A stretch of 56,332 nt of DNA from a virus (IMGVR_UViG_3300028260_000001:1-56332), one strand, 5' to 3'. Shown: positions 44,526 through 53,938, numbered from the stretch's first letter. The notes: generated from the letters alone by a model not told the origin. Numbers and translations: made by a program.

Positions 44526-46153
44526 GTAACGACTTCCAAGATGATGACGAATTCCAAGAAATCGATCCATCGTTAGCTGTACAATTCGAAAAGCTCATGC
44601 CTGCTCCGACTTATGAAGTTGCAGCAGAGCCAACATCTATTTCAGTGGAGGCTACCGATCCGGTAGCCCCTGCTGTGCCGCAAGAGGAAGAAGACGTCAT
44701 CGATAATGGCGACGAAGAAACCCTGGTTCCTTTTACTCCGGCACAAAAGAAAGTCAACTTCAAGATCGAACGTCCAGTTGACTCGGAAAAGATCCCAGCT
44801 ACTCTGGCGATCCTGCAACTCCTGCGTGAAAACCCAGAGACCTTCGATGAAGTCCTGCGTGTACATCGTAACTTCTTCTCCAACGTAGAAGGTGGCGAAA
44901 TCGCGACAGAGCAATCTGACCTGGAATGGTTGGAAACTCTGCGTGATGCTATTGAACACATGGACATGCATCGTACTCCACGGAATGCTACTTACCGTGA
45001 AGGTTCTGAATGGCGACAGTTCTTTGAACACGGTGGTCGTAAGATCGGCCCATCTCGTCCAAAGATCAAGCTGTCCGATAAACCAGCTAAGTCTGACTTG
45101 CTGGCATACCTGACTCGTAAATCGGGTATGGGTGCTACTCACGAATATCCAATGCCACACACTGGTATCTGGATTCGTCTGCGTACACCAACCAATACCG
45201 AGATCGCTAACATGATTCAACGACTGCAGAACATCGCAGTTCGTCTGGGTCGTGCTACCAAAGGTCAAGGTTTCTCTAACCGTATTGCTGTGTATAACAA
45301 TGCTCTGACTGACCTAGCGCTTCAGTGCATTACTCACACCAACATGGCTGCTACTACTCCGGGTGATATCGAATACCGTCTGAGTGCATTGGATGAACCT
45401 CTGCTGCACCACGCGTTGGCATCGACTATGTTCCCTGGCGGTTTCAACTATCGCCACACCTGCATTGCTGATCCATCCAAGTGCAACAACGTCGAAGAAG
45501 CTAAGTTGGACATGTTCTCGCTGACCTGGTTCGACATTACCCAACTGGTTGATCGTCAGAAAGACATGTTGCATGTTCGTTTCAGTCGACAGCTACGTGC
45601 AGAGGAACTAGACCAATATGCACAAGATACCACTCTGGGTCGAAAGCCTATCAAATGGTTTGATGATATTGGTATTCGCCTGCGTGTCCCTTCAGTTGCT
45701 GAGAGACGGGATTCTGGAAACCGATGGATTGATGGCGTAGTAGAAGCTTCCCACAGCGCATTCAACGAGGCTCCAGGTGATGCGAACCGTAATGCATACA
45801 TCGATCGACTGGGTTCGATTACTGGTGCACGTCAGTACTCTCATTGGGTTGATGCCATCTACCAGCGTGAAGATGAACACGCTAGTGAAGAACTCCTGAC
45901 TGAGAACGAAGAGATCATCGATGAATATCTGTCCAACGTAATGTCGGATAAGAAGTACGCAGCTGCTTTCGAAGCTGCTGTGCTACAGTTCATTGACGAT
46001 ACGATTCTGTGCATGGTTGCTATTCCTTCGTGGAACTGCCCTGTGTGTGAATCTCCAATGGCCGAGAAGTTCCATGAACGTTTCGATCACTTGATTCCTC
46101 TTGACGTAGTATCGACATTTTTTACCTTGGCGGGCCAGAAAGTCAACCAGTAG
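44522..46153 (+). CDS. phiKZ gp77-like protein; putative tail/baseplate-hub assembly chaperone (T4 gp26/gp51-like)
   Basis: Duplicated IRLR.P...E motif, HTC..C and CPVC zinc knuckles, near-terminal FF; function is inference. Confidence 0.6.
   Translation: MSNDFQDDDEFQEIDPSLAVQFEKLMPAPTYEVAAEPTSISVEATDPVAPAVPQEEEDVIDNGDEETLVPFTPAQKKVNFKIERPVDSEKIPATLAILQLLRENPETFDEVLRVHRNFFSNVEGGEIATEQSDLEWLETLRDAIEHMDMHRTPRNATYREGSEWRQFFEHGGRKIGPSRPKIKLSDKPAKSDLLAYLTRKSGMGATHEYPMPHTGIWIRLRTPTNTEIANMIQRLQNIAVRLGRATKGQGFSNRIAVYNNALTDLALQCITHTNMAATTPGDIEYRLSALDEPLLHHALASTMFPGGFNYRHTCIADPSKCNNVEEAKLDMFSLTWFDITQLVDRQKDMLHVRFSRQLRAEELDQYAQDTTLGRKPIKWFDDIGIRLRVPSVAERRDSGNRWIDGVVEASHSAFNEAPGDANRNAYIDRLGSITGARQYSHWVDAIYQREDEHASEELLTENEEIIDEYLSNVMSDKKYAAAFEAAVLQFIDDTILCMVAIPSWNCPVCESPMAEKFHERFDHLIPLDVVSTFFTLAGQKVNQ
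46117..46123 (+). other. Candidate -1 ribosomal frameshift site (A TTT TTT)
   Basis: The -1 frame opens at 46105 and reads without a stop into 46177..46641. Confidence 0.55.
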
Positions 46154-46176
46154 GTCATACTAACCGTGACCCACAA

Positions 46177-46641
46177 ATGACACGCCTGTCAATTGATCTA
46201 CTCGACCCACAGGGGCACGTTACGAACTACTCGTTCGGTAAACGTCGTCCTCGTGGTGGCGAGCTTGATCGGCTTTATGCCGAGATGGGTGCCGTAAGAC
46301 CAACGACTGCGGAGATCATGCTACGCGAGGCTTACCTGGACGACTATGAAATCCGTCCTCCTAATCACCAGAAACATCCTCTTGATGTCGTACGTATGTT
46401 CGACAAAGAAGATACGGTAGAAGGTGGTGCTGTTCGATCGATGATGCGTAAGTACATTCGCTACAACATCAAAGAACAGTGGGGCATGTCTTATCCAGAG
46501 TTCATGGAACTTCCGTATGACGAAGCAATGTTTATCCTGGAGATAGGCGAAGCTGACATGATGCGTAAGGTAGATGAGCAAGGTCGTATCAAACGTGATA
46601 TGGATCGAGAGATCCGTGACATGCAGCGTCAGCCAAAGTAA
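46177..46641 (+). CDS. phiKZ gp76-like protein; candidate frameshift extension (GT/E'-like)
   Basis: WGMSYPEFMELP motif; no Shine-Dalgarno before the ATG. Confidence 0.65.
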   Translation: MTRLSIDLLDPQGHVTNYSFGKRRPRGGELDRLYAEMGAVRPTTAEIMLREAYLDDYEIRPPNHQKHPLDVVRMFDKEDTVEGGAVRSMMRKYIRYNIKEQWGMSYPEFMELPYDEAMFILEIGEADMMRKVDEQGRIKRDMDREIRDMQRQPK

Positions 46642-46686
46642 AAAAAATACAGCATAAGGCTACCCCGAAGGGTAGCCATTATGTCG
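46640..46686. terminator. Bidirectional terminator (cUUCGg, CATA/TATG flanks)
   Basis: GCATAAGGCTACCCCGAAGGGTAGCCATTATGTCG between convergent genes. Confidence 0.75.
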
Positions 46687-46688
46687 TC

Positions 46689-46940
46689 TCAATACTTCGT
46701 CTGCTGGATCTCTAAGATCTCTGCACGCAGACGATTTTGAATTTGGGTGATCTCATACATGCAGATGCTGGTGGTTACGATGGTTACAAAGATACCAACC
46801 AACAAGGCGATCATGATCTTGCCACGGTGCATGACAAACCACTTGTTGTCGTTGTGGGACTTATACATCATAGCCCCTACACCGAATGGAATGATACCCA
46901 TCATCATTGCAAGAATGAAAGCGCTAATATTCAGTAGCAT
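46689..46940 (-). CDS. Small 2-TM membrane protein
   Basis: 83 aa, TAATG coupling. Confidence 0.75.
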   Translation of the reverse strand: MLLNISAFILAMMMGIIPFGVGAMMYKSHNDNKWFVMHRGKIMIALLVGIFVTIVTTSICMYEITQIQNRLRAEILEIQQTKY

Positions 46941-47212
46941 TACATAGACCCCACGATTTTATTCATGGTAATGGCAATATAAGCAGAGCCAATACCCCAG
47001 ATCAGCAGCAGGCCAACAATGCTACCGACCAAAATTTTTACACTCACTTTGAGGGATCTGATTTCCCATGCGCGTGCGTCTTTAACTGCCTGACTGGATG
47101 CATCGGTTACTGGGTATGTGATGCACATCAGCATCAACAAAATCATTACCAAGGAACCGAGCATACCAGCTGTGCAGATTAAATAGACCGATAACAAGAC
47201 GTTGTAGAGCAT
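46940..47212 (-). CDS. Small 2-TM membrane protein
   Basis: 90 aa, abuts the upstream stop. Confidence 0.75.
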   Translation of the reverse strand: MLYNVLLSVYLICTAGMLGSLVMILLMLMCITYPVTDASSQAVKDARAWEIRSLKVSVKILVGSIVGLLLIWGIGSAYIAITMNKIVGSM

Positions 47213-47455
47213 TTACATTACCCGGTAGCACATTAAAGTGGATCGCAAGAAGCACAGTGTGGGGACTGTTACGAACAACAGCGTGAGTCCCAACATTGTA
47301 CCGATGTAGGCCATTGCGATTGTTTCATAGTAGCGGTTAGCCGTGTCGTATACACGGATGTGGGCGACGAACAGGACCACTAATACCAGTTCGATGAGTA
47401 GCAACGTGCCACCCATGCCCAGGAAGTATCTAACTACTGATAGGGATGGTTCCAC
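47213..47455 (-). CDS. Small 2-TM membrane protein
   Basis: Probable GTG start at 47455 with AAGGAG RBS. Confidence 0.65.
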   Translation of the reverse strand: MEPSLSVVRYFLGMGGTLLLIELVLVVLFVAHIRVYDTANRYYETIAMAYIGTMLGLTLLFVTVPTLCFLRSTLMCYRVM

Positions 47456-47678
47456 AGACAGACTCCTTCTGAACAGGGGGCTCATTAAGCCATTGGGGTG
47501 GAGGGAATATTTCAACTATCGAAATCCATTGTCCAGCGAACAACCCAATGATTAGGATAAACGCTAGCGTCAGATCTGGCAACCACTTGGGTTTGTACTT
47601 AACCAGTTCACCATTCAGGTATTTTAACATCAACCAGGCGGAGATACATGTCAAGAACAAACCTAATGTGAGCAACAT
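47430..47678 (-). CDS. Small 2-TM membrane protein
   Basis: 82 aa, AAGGA RBS. Confidence 0.75.
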   Translation of the reverse strand: MLLTLGLFLTCISAWLMLKYLNGELVKYKPKWLPDLTLAFILIIGLFAGQWISIVEIFPPPQWLNEPPVQKESVCGTIPISS

Positions 47679-47687
47679 AACTGATCC

Positions 47688-47864
47688 TTAAGTCAACTTC
47701 GTAATGATAACCAACGCGCAGTAGCCAGCCAACAGAATCAGCAGACCACCGGCAAACAAACGTACTGCCGCTCCACAACCAGTTTTAGCGCTAGCTGCAA
47801 AGAACAGCATGCACACACCAGCGAGGAACGTTACAAAGATGGGTGCAATCATTACAATCCACAT
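47688..47864 (-). CDS. 58-aa 2-TM membrane protein
   Basis: Manual translation MWIVMIAPIFVTFLAGVCMLFF...YCALVIITKLT; AAGGA RBS; first gene after a promoter. Confidence 0.75.
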   Translation of the reverse strand: MWIVMIAPIFVTFLAGVCMLFFAASAKTGCGAAVRLFAGGLLILLAGYCALVIITKLT

Positions 47865-47879
47865 GATCGTATCCTTAAA

Positions 47880-47926
47880 TGAAGGCTATATTCACGATTG
47901 TAATATAGCCTTCAGAGAAGTTTAAA
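47880..47926 (-). promoter_or_regulatory. Early promoter in a perfect 13-bp inverted repeat
   Basis: TGAAGGCTATATT-CACGATTGT-AATATAGCCTTCA. Confidence 0.8.
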
Positions 47927-48125
47927 TCATGTCCTTGAAGTACAACCAGATTGTTGTAACGATCCCCATGATCATAATGAAGAACGATCCCAAGGCGATA
48001 CGGTGAGGCCAGGAGTTCTTCCAGCTGAAGTAAGGGATAAGGTCAGGGTAGCAACGATCACGGTACCACACGGACGCCAGACAGATTAGCGTGGCAATAA
48101 TCCATACGGCTATTGCATATTTCAT
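47922..48125 (-). CDS. Small 2-TM membrane protein
   Basis: 67 aa, GGAGG RBS. Confidence 0.75.
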   Translation of the reverse strand: MKYAIAVWIIATLICLASVWYRDRCYPDLIPYFSWKNSWPHRIALGSFFIMIMGIVTTIWLYFKDMI

Positions 48126-48139
48126 TTTATCCTCCGACG

Positions 48140-48166
48140 AAATAAAGTAGCCCCCGAAGGGACTAC
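48140..48166 (-). terminator. cUUCGg intrinsic terminator
   Basis: Minus strand GTAGTCCC-TTCG-GGGGCTAC-TTTATTT. Confidence 0.75.
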
Positions 48167-49689
48167 GAGATTCTTTTCAAAACCATGTTCAAGGCTTTAC
48201 CCATGAAATGATCGGCTTTGTTCCTGTGGTAGCGAACTTGCTGGGGAATGTGCTGACAAATCATGTACGTCAATCGAGGAGTAATGTCAGGGAACAACTT
48301 CAACTTACGCAACCGACCCAAGATCTGGATGTTATCCTTCTTGGAGTCTGTAGCTTGCAGCAATAATACTTCACGCAAGTTGGGGATGTCAACACCTGTA
48401 CCGGAAGACTTAATCGTCGACACGGTTACATCGTTTTCCATCAACCTTGAATAAGGAGAACCTGAGTAGTGTTCGTTGATCTGGAGATCCCCGTACTTCT
48501 CTTTCAGGAACTTGACCAGCTGATCAATAAACACAGTCGTCGCACAGAGAATCAAAGCTTTCTGTTCTTGGATGCGATCATGGATGTACTGACCATAAAG
48601 AATGCGAGCAATCATCTCGTTATAAGCGGTGAGACGTTTCTTCGACTTCATCATCTGCGTTTCGTAACGCGCATGGTTATACGTGTTCTTAAACGGAGTC
48701 AGGTAATCACGAGATGTAACGGATGCATCGCTGTACAACACACCTACCACGTTGATATACGAATCATACTCAGGCAACCGGCAGCATGTCTCCGGTGGGA
48801 GCATCAAGTCGATCATCTTCGTAACGTAGTCGTTACCCGTGAACGGTGTAGCTGACAGATAGATCTGTTTTGCAACGTTGGTGTACATGTCTGTACGGAA
48901 CAACAGCCCTGGGTCTTCTTGGATCTCATCGTTGATCTGTAGACCAATCTTCAGAGCTTCGTGGAAGCGCGGAGGAGGGGCGTTATAGCCTACAGTGTGG
49001 AGTTGATCACCCAAGCGTTCGAATGCATCTATATACGCTCGATACGTGACGTTAGATACTAAGACGACATCGATTCCCGCCAAGTCATCTTGAATACCGC
49101 GATCGATCATCATCTGGAGTTCTGCTGAACCGCTGACTCGAACGAATCGTAATTCGATATCCTCGTAAACATCTTTCAGTGCTTCTTCCCAAATACCGAA
49201 GTACTTAGGTGGAACCATGATACACGTACGACATGCTAATGCAGCTTGTGCTTCAAGACTGGTGTAAGTCTTACCTTTACCGGTTTGTAGGTCTACCCGT
49301 GCAGAATGCAGATGTGGACGCAGGATGTCTTCCAGAATAGTCTTCTGGTAATCCCGCATTGAGAACTTCTCTTTTACCGTGAACGTAGCCGGAGCTGCGA
49401 CCGGAACAGGAATGTCAATTACCTTAATGCGGTCCTCAGGAACTTGAACGTTCGCTAGGTGCTTCACTAAAGCTTTATATGAATTCCTGTGGATGAAAAT
49501 GCTTCGGTTGTCTTCGGTGATGCCGTAGTACTTCTTCTTAGTTACCATGACCATACGGCCTTGGACTTTAGTCGGTTCCCTTAGCAACAGCGTATCCAGA
49601 AAACGCTGCATTTTATACAACGTGTCCCTGGAATAACCGGATAGGCGTACCCCATGGGTATACCTCTCGGCTACAATCAGTGGCTCCAT
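48163..49689 (-). CDS. SF2 helicase (UvsW/Rad25-like), phiKZ gp75-like
   Basis: Q motif MRDYQ, Walker A TGKGKT, DEIQ, SAT, QILGRLR. Confidence 0.9.
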   Translation of the reverse strand: MEPLIVAERYTHGVRLSGYSRDTLYKMQRFLDTLLLREPTKVQGRMVMVTKKKYYGITEDNRSIFIHRNSYKALVKHLANVQVPEDRIKVIDIPVPVAAPATFTVKEKFSMRDYQKTILEDILRPHLHSARVDLQTGKGKTYTSLEAQAALACRTCIMVPPKYFGIWEEALKDVYEDIELRFVRVSGSAELQMMIDRGIQDDLAGIDVVLVSNVTYRAYIDAFERLGDQLHTVGYNAPPPRFHEALKIGLQINDEIQEDPGLLFRTDMYTNVAKQIYLSATPFTGNDYVTKMIDLMLPPETCCRLPEYDSYINVVGVLYSDASVTSRDYLTPFKNTYNHARYETQMMKSKKRLTAYNEMIARILYGQYIHDRIQEQKALILCATTVFIDQLVKFLKEKYGDLQINEHYSGSPYSRLMENDVTVSTIKSSGTGVDIPNLREVLLLQATDSKKDNIQILGRLRKLKLFPDITPRLTYMICQHIPQQVRYHRNKADHFMGKALNMVLKRIS

Positions 49690-49707
49690 AAAAAATTAAC
49701 GAGGTGA

Positions 49708-49727
49708 TGGAGGGCCGAAGCCCTCCA
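49708..49727 (-). terminator. cUUCGg hairpin (no U-tract)
   Basis: Minus strand TGGAGGGC-TTCG-GCCCTCCA. Confidence 0.5.
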
Positions 49728-49744
49728 CACGCTTCGCCCTCCGC

Positions 49745-51721
49745 TTAGGCCATGCAACCCCCCATGACTGCGACATCATAAGGGTGGTCGTTCCTGTCTG
49801 TATACAGGAAACTGCCTGGGTTATTGAGTGGCTCGTGCTGTTTCTCGAATGCCAGCTTACCAGAGAGACTACGGTTATCCATCAGTTTGTTATACTTCTC
49901 AAACTGACCCGTAATACCTGGAACTGGGAGACGATAATCTTTAGCAGACGCCGATACGATCATCATAGCGTATACCAAGACTTCGCAATGAACGATGTTC
50001 AGCTTAATCTTTTCATTGATCAAGCTTGCGAATGCAGCAAGAGCATCGACTGGATCTTTATAGTTCTTCAGATAGGTTTTGCTAGTGAAGCCAACCTTGT
50101 CTGACGACAGCTTCGAACCATCACCGTTGTCACCCGAATGCAGGAACGATTGTACGCGTTTCATGAACTCGTACATGTTCACGTGCTTATAAGGCAACGT
50201 CAGGAATGGTTGAGAGAAGTCGAAACCTGTCATGTCAATCACGATGTTATCGCGGTTGTCAGTGACCCAGCCTACGCGTTGTACATGCTTGAGCATTTCC
50301 GTAGACAGACTAGACTTCCGGTTATACAACGATACCGGAAGGATGTCACCGTGATCTTCGCCGTCGTCACCCTTACGAATCAACCCGATGTGGGTCAGTT
50401 CAGATGCAGACTCAGCTGGATACGCGGAGAGATCTTTAATCATCAATACGTCAGCCAACGATGTTGCTTCGGCAGACTTGATAACTAGTCTATATCCTTG
50501 GTTAGCCAAGTTACTTTTCAAATACAACGTTTCACTCTGATCCCCATCACGGAGATACCGGGCTACAGCACCGGCAATTTGGAACTGCTCTACAGCCGAG
50601 GTTGCATCAGTATGCTTGGTGGACAATACCGACGAGGTAATCTTATCACCCATCGATACAGCGGATACCTGACCGATGTTAGTACCGCGCATGATCGAGA
50701 AGCTCAGTCGACCATAACAACGAGAACACACACCAGCTGGGTCTGGATGCACACAACCCAGTACCGAACGCATCTTGATCATTTTACCGATCAGTTCTGT
50801 TTCAGTGCCACGAATCCAATCCATCGTACCATCATCGCGCATGTAATACTTACCACGCAGCGATTTCAGAGTACTCTTCAGCACAGGGAAGTCGATCAGG
50901 ATCGATGTACCACAGTCACCTTTGTGGAGGCGCTGTACATACTGAGCGATCAGCTGGGATTTCCGGTTGAAGTATTCGGTTACTCGGAGCAGCTCTTTGT
51001 TATACAGCAGAGCTTTAGTACCCGAGCGAGATTCGATCATGGAACCATACAGATCCCAGATGCCATCTACATAACCAACTGTTACCGGGTGCGCGAAGAT
51101 GTCCGAGTTGATATCCGTTGGATAGCCACGTGGGCCAAACGCTTGGAGCAACTGTTCAAGCTTCTGAGTACCAGAGCGGTAACCTTCAATGATAGAGTTC
51201 CCACGGAACTGCGTCGGATCGTCGAAAGCAGCAGCGATCTTTTTATACGCGACTTGTTCGATACCATAGGTCGACTCTTCTACGTTTTCGTTTGCTTCAC
51301 GAACAGCTGGGTGGTTATACACTTCAGCGATGTCAAACATCGACAGCGTTGCAACATACGGCGAGAGGTTCACCGTAGCTTCGTTGTACAACCAGTTAGT
51401 TGCTTCGATAGCCAACTTAGCCAGATGTTCGGGATCGGCTTCTTCATTGGTGTGATCATGAATGCCCCAGATCACTCGGTTCAAGAAGCTAACGAGCGAC
51501 TTTGCAGTCACTCGCTTAGAACCCATGTGATAATCTTTCAGGATTGGGACATCTGGATACGCCTTCAGCGGATACCAGTTGAGAACGGACAGTTTAGTGA
51601 TCCGATCTCGTGCCAGCAATTTCTGTCCATCATCAAACTCAATGACATGCCATTCTGAGGGAAGTGCCCACAGCTGCTCATAAGGCAGATTAAGCAAGTC
51701 ACGGGCTTTGTAATGATTCAT
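49745..51721 (-). CDS. Non-virion RNA polymerase beta' C-terminal subunit, phiKZ gp74-like
   Basis: GDCGT, RSVLGC...VCSRCYG, trigger-loop-like NIGQVSAVSMG..ITSSVLSTKH, VHCEV. Confidence 0.9.
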   Translation of the reverse strand: MNHYKARDLLNLPYEQLWALPSEWHVIEFDDGQKLLARDRITKLSVLNWYPLKAYPDVPILKDYHMGSKRVTAKSLVSFLNRVIWGIHDHTNEEADPEHLAKLAIEATNWLYNEATVNLSPYVATLSMFDIAEVYNHPAVREANENVEESTYGIEQVAYKKIAAAFDDPTQFRGNSIIEGYRSGTQKLEQLLQAFGPRGYPTDINSDIFAHPVTVGYVDGIWDLYGSMIESRSGTKALLYNKELLRVTEYFNRKSQLIAQYVQRLHKGDCGTSILIDFPVLKSTLKSLRGKYYMRDDGTMDWIRGTETELIGKMIKMRSVLGCVHPDPAGVCSRCYGRLSFSIMRGTNIGQVSAVSMGDKITSSVLSTKHTDATSAVEQFQIAGAVARYLRDGDQSETLYLKSNLANQGYRLVIKSAEATSLADVLMIKDLSAYPAESASELTHIGLIRKGDDGEDHGDILPVSLYNRKSSLSTEMLKHVQRVGWVTDNRDNIVIDMTGFDFSQPFLTLPYKHVNMYEFMKRVQSFLHSGDNGDGSKLSSDKVGFTSKTYLKNYKDPVDALAAFASLINEKIKLNIVHCEVLVYAMMIVSASAKDYRLPVPGITGQFEKYNKLMDNRSLSGKLAFEKQHEPLNNPGSFLYTDRNDHPYDVAVMGGCMA

Positions 51722-51728
51722 TAATACC

Positions 51729-53867
51729 TCAAGCAGCGTAACGAATTTCGGAGTCTGGTTTGTAGCGCAAACGCAAGCCGCGACATTCCAGCAAATGGTT
51801 CAGCAATGCAACTGGGCGAGAGTTACCGAATGGAATTACAGTCCGGTCTACTGCTCGTGGGATGTTCGTTGGTTTATCCGCAGTCAAGATAGAGTTGACT
51901 ACAGCGATGTGGGCCTGAGGGTTGTTGGTTTGGTCGATGAGTTCGTTAGTAGGTTCTGGTCCTACTACCGAGTTATACGAACGGGTTTCGGATTCACCAC
52001 AGGATCGAATTGCAGTCTCACGACCTGGGGTAGATGCACGGTCCGAGTTATTCAGCTTCGACGGCAGACCGAACGGTTGAGTTTTAACGGATGCAACAGA
52101 CGACCAGTCTTCACCGATCTTTTCCAGCAGCATGATGTACAGATAACCCGACAGGATATTATCCTTGGTGGTTACCCAACGACCAGCTTGGTCCTTATAC
52201 GTCATCGGACCGAAGTTCGGGCGGAACCTGGAATTGATTACTCGGTTAACAGCTTCGATCAAGCTGACCTGGTCTGTAACCGGAGTGAACAGGTAATACT
52301 GATCACGCAATACGTGATACACATGCTGATACGGATCTGGATCTTGTTTCAGGATCTCTGGCATCGACGGAGCTACGATCTCATAGAACTCATTCAGTTC
52401 ATTGAAAGCATAATCAACCCACGCTTTGTCAGCCATTGCTGCTTTCAGCTGAGCTTCCGTTGGAGTCTCATGTCGATCCATCCCTTTCTCTACGCGCAGG
52501 CGTTGTACCAGGTCACGAGCAGCAGCACCCAGGCCATGCTCATACAGACGACCATAGTTCGAACGACGCATAGTCGAACCACCGAAGATCACCACGTCTG
52601 CACGATTGCCCCATTCATCGAATGGCATATCGGCCCATGGCTTCACTTCACAGACTACACCCTTACCACCGTGCCAGTCGGTAGCTTTATAAGCGCCACC
52701 AGGCATTTTGATAGCTTCGTAGGTGATGCTTACACGCCACTCATCCAGAGGCTCCAGACGATACATCCGAGAGAGCTTCCGTTGGTCTTGTTTGACCGGG
52801 AGATGGATCTGTGCTTCAACTACGAGTTGGTGCAGTGCTGGACTTACACGGAGCTGATCTTTCCAACGACCATAGAGAGTCTGATAGACTTTTAAGATCT
52901 CTCGATAATAGTTCGACAGCGCAGTGTGATATTTCATCAACTGGCCATCCATACCGAGTGGAGTATGCGATGGGTTTACTCGGTCGTCACGATAGATGTT
53001 GATGTCAACTACCGTAGCACCAGGAATACCAATCGTAGCCCGGTCGAATGTTCTGTCCAACGTCATCAACGCTCGAGCAGTCATGTCTGCTGGAGACAGA
53101 TCTGGATCGAGATCCCGCAATGCGAATACCACGCCATCAGGTCGAATCTTCTCACCGATGTCAGGGAATGGTTTGTAGTTGTTCTCGTCTCCATACATGT
53201 TCAAGAAGAACGCTTTACGACCAGCGTTACCAATTGCGTCGTTATAGATACGCGGACTCAGTTTCTCCAGAGCTTTGTCGGAGAAGATAAATCCGTCTTC
53301 AATGGTACCAGGCATCGACATAAACACAGCGTTCATGTTTACACCTGCACCCCACATCCCGTTTTCACGTACAGCTCGGGTTTGTGCAATAACAGTACCA
53401 GCAGCAAACATCTGGCCAGGAACCAGATTGTCCATTACCTTGCGGTTCTTCTCCAGCTTGAAGCCGAAGTCTTGGTGCAACGAGCAATAGTCCGAGATAT
53501 GCAGGACGTCTTTCGTCTTATGCTTATCGTAATAGTGCTCGAAGATAATGGTTGTTACTGGGTTGCGGCGAATCGCAGATCCCATACCCGAAGTCGGATA
53601 CTTACGGATTACGTTCAGGATCACACAGTCTACTGGGAACTTCACGTCGAACGTGTATTCACCGAACTGCATTTCCATACCAGCCTGCCAACGGCGAGGC
53701 TCGCAGCCTTCTGACTCTGGAGATTGGCCAATGTGCGATAGGAACATCGCGCCACGTGCAGACGATGTCGTTCCATAAAACGGATCGAGACACGCATTGC
53801 CCAAAAGTGTTTCATCAATGTTGCGGGTGCGCAACTTTTGTTGGTACTGTTCAGAGACTTGATACAA
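51729..53867 (-). CDS. Non-virion RNA polymerase beta C-terminal subunit, phiKZ gp71-73-like
   Basis: GVN...FM...TIEDG, KATDWHGGKGVV, RRSNYG, IRSCGESE; intact single ORF. Confidence 0.9.
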   Translation of the reverse strand: MYQVSEQYQQKLRTRNIDETLLGNACLDPFYGTTSSARGAMFLSHIGQSPESEGCEPRRWQAGMEMQFGEYTFDVKFPVDCVILNVIRKYPTSGMGSAIRRNPVTTIIFEHYYDKHKTKDVLHISDYCSLHQDFGFKLEKNRKVMDNLVPGQMFAAGTVIAQTRAVRENGMWGAGVNMNAVFMSMPGTIEDGFIFSDKALEKLSPRIYNDAIGNAGRKAFFLNMYGDENNYKPFPDIGEKIRPDGVVFALRDLDPDLSPADMTARALMTLDRTFDRATIGIPGATVVDINIYRDDRVNPSHTPLGMDGQLMKYHTALSNYYREILKVYQTLYGRWKDQLRVSPALHQLVVEAQIHLPVKQDQRKLSRMYRLEPLDEWRVSITYEAIKMPGGAYKATDWHGGKGVVCEVKPWADMPFDEWGNRADVVIFGGSTMRRSNYGRLYEHGLGAAARDLVQRLRVEKGMDRHETPTEAQLKAAMADKAWVDYAFNELNEFYEIVAPSMPEILKQDPDPYQHVYHVLRDQYYLFTPVTDQVSLIEAVNRVINSRFRPNFGPMTYKDQAGRWVTTKDNILSGYLYIMLLEKIGEDWSSVASVKTQPFGLPSKLNNSDRASTPGRETAIRSCGESETRSYNSVVGPEPTNELIDQTNNPQAHIAVVNSILTADKPTNIPRAVDRTVIPFGNSRPVALLNHLLECRGLRLRYKPDSEIRYAA

Positions 53868-53892
53868 GTAGCGTTGCTCCTTTTTGGTTTAC

Positions 53893-53917
53893 CAATGATG
53901 TGATATAGATTTCAAAT
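53893..53917 (-). promoter_or_regulatory. Early promoter variant (TATATCAC) for nvRNAP genes
   Basis: Minus strand ATTTGAAATCTATATCACATCATTG upstream of AAGGAG RBS. Confidence 0.6.
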
Positions 53918-53938
53918 CCCATGCAATAGGTAACCCTT

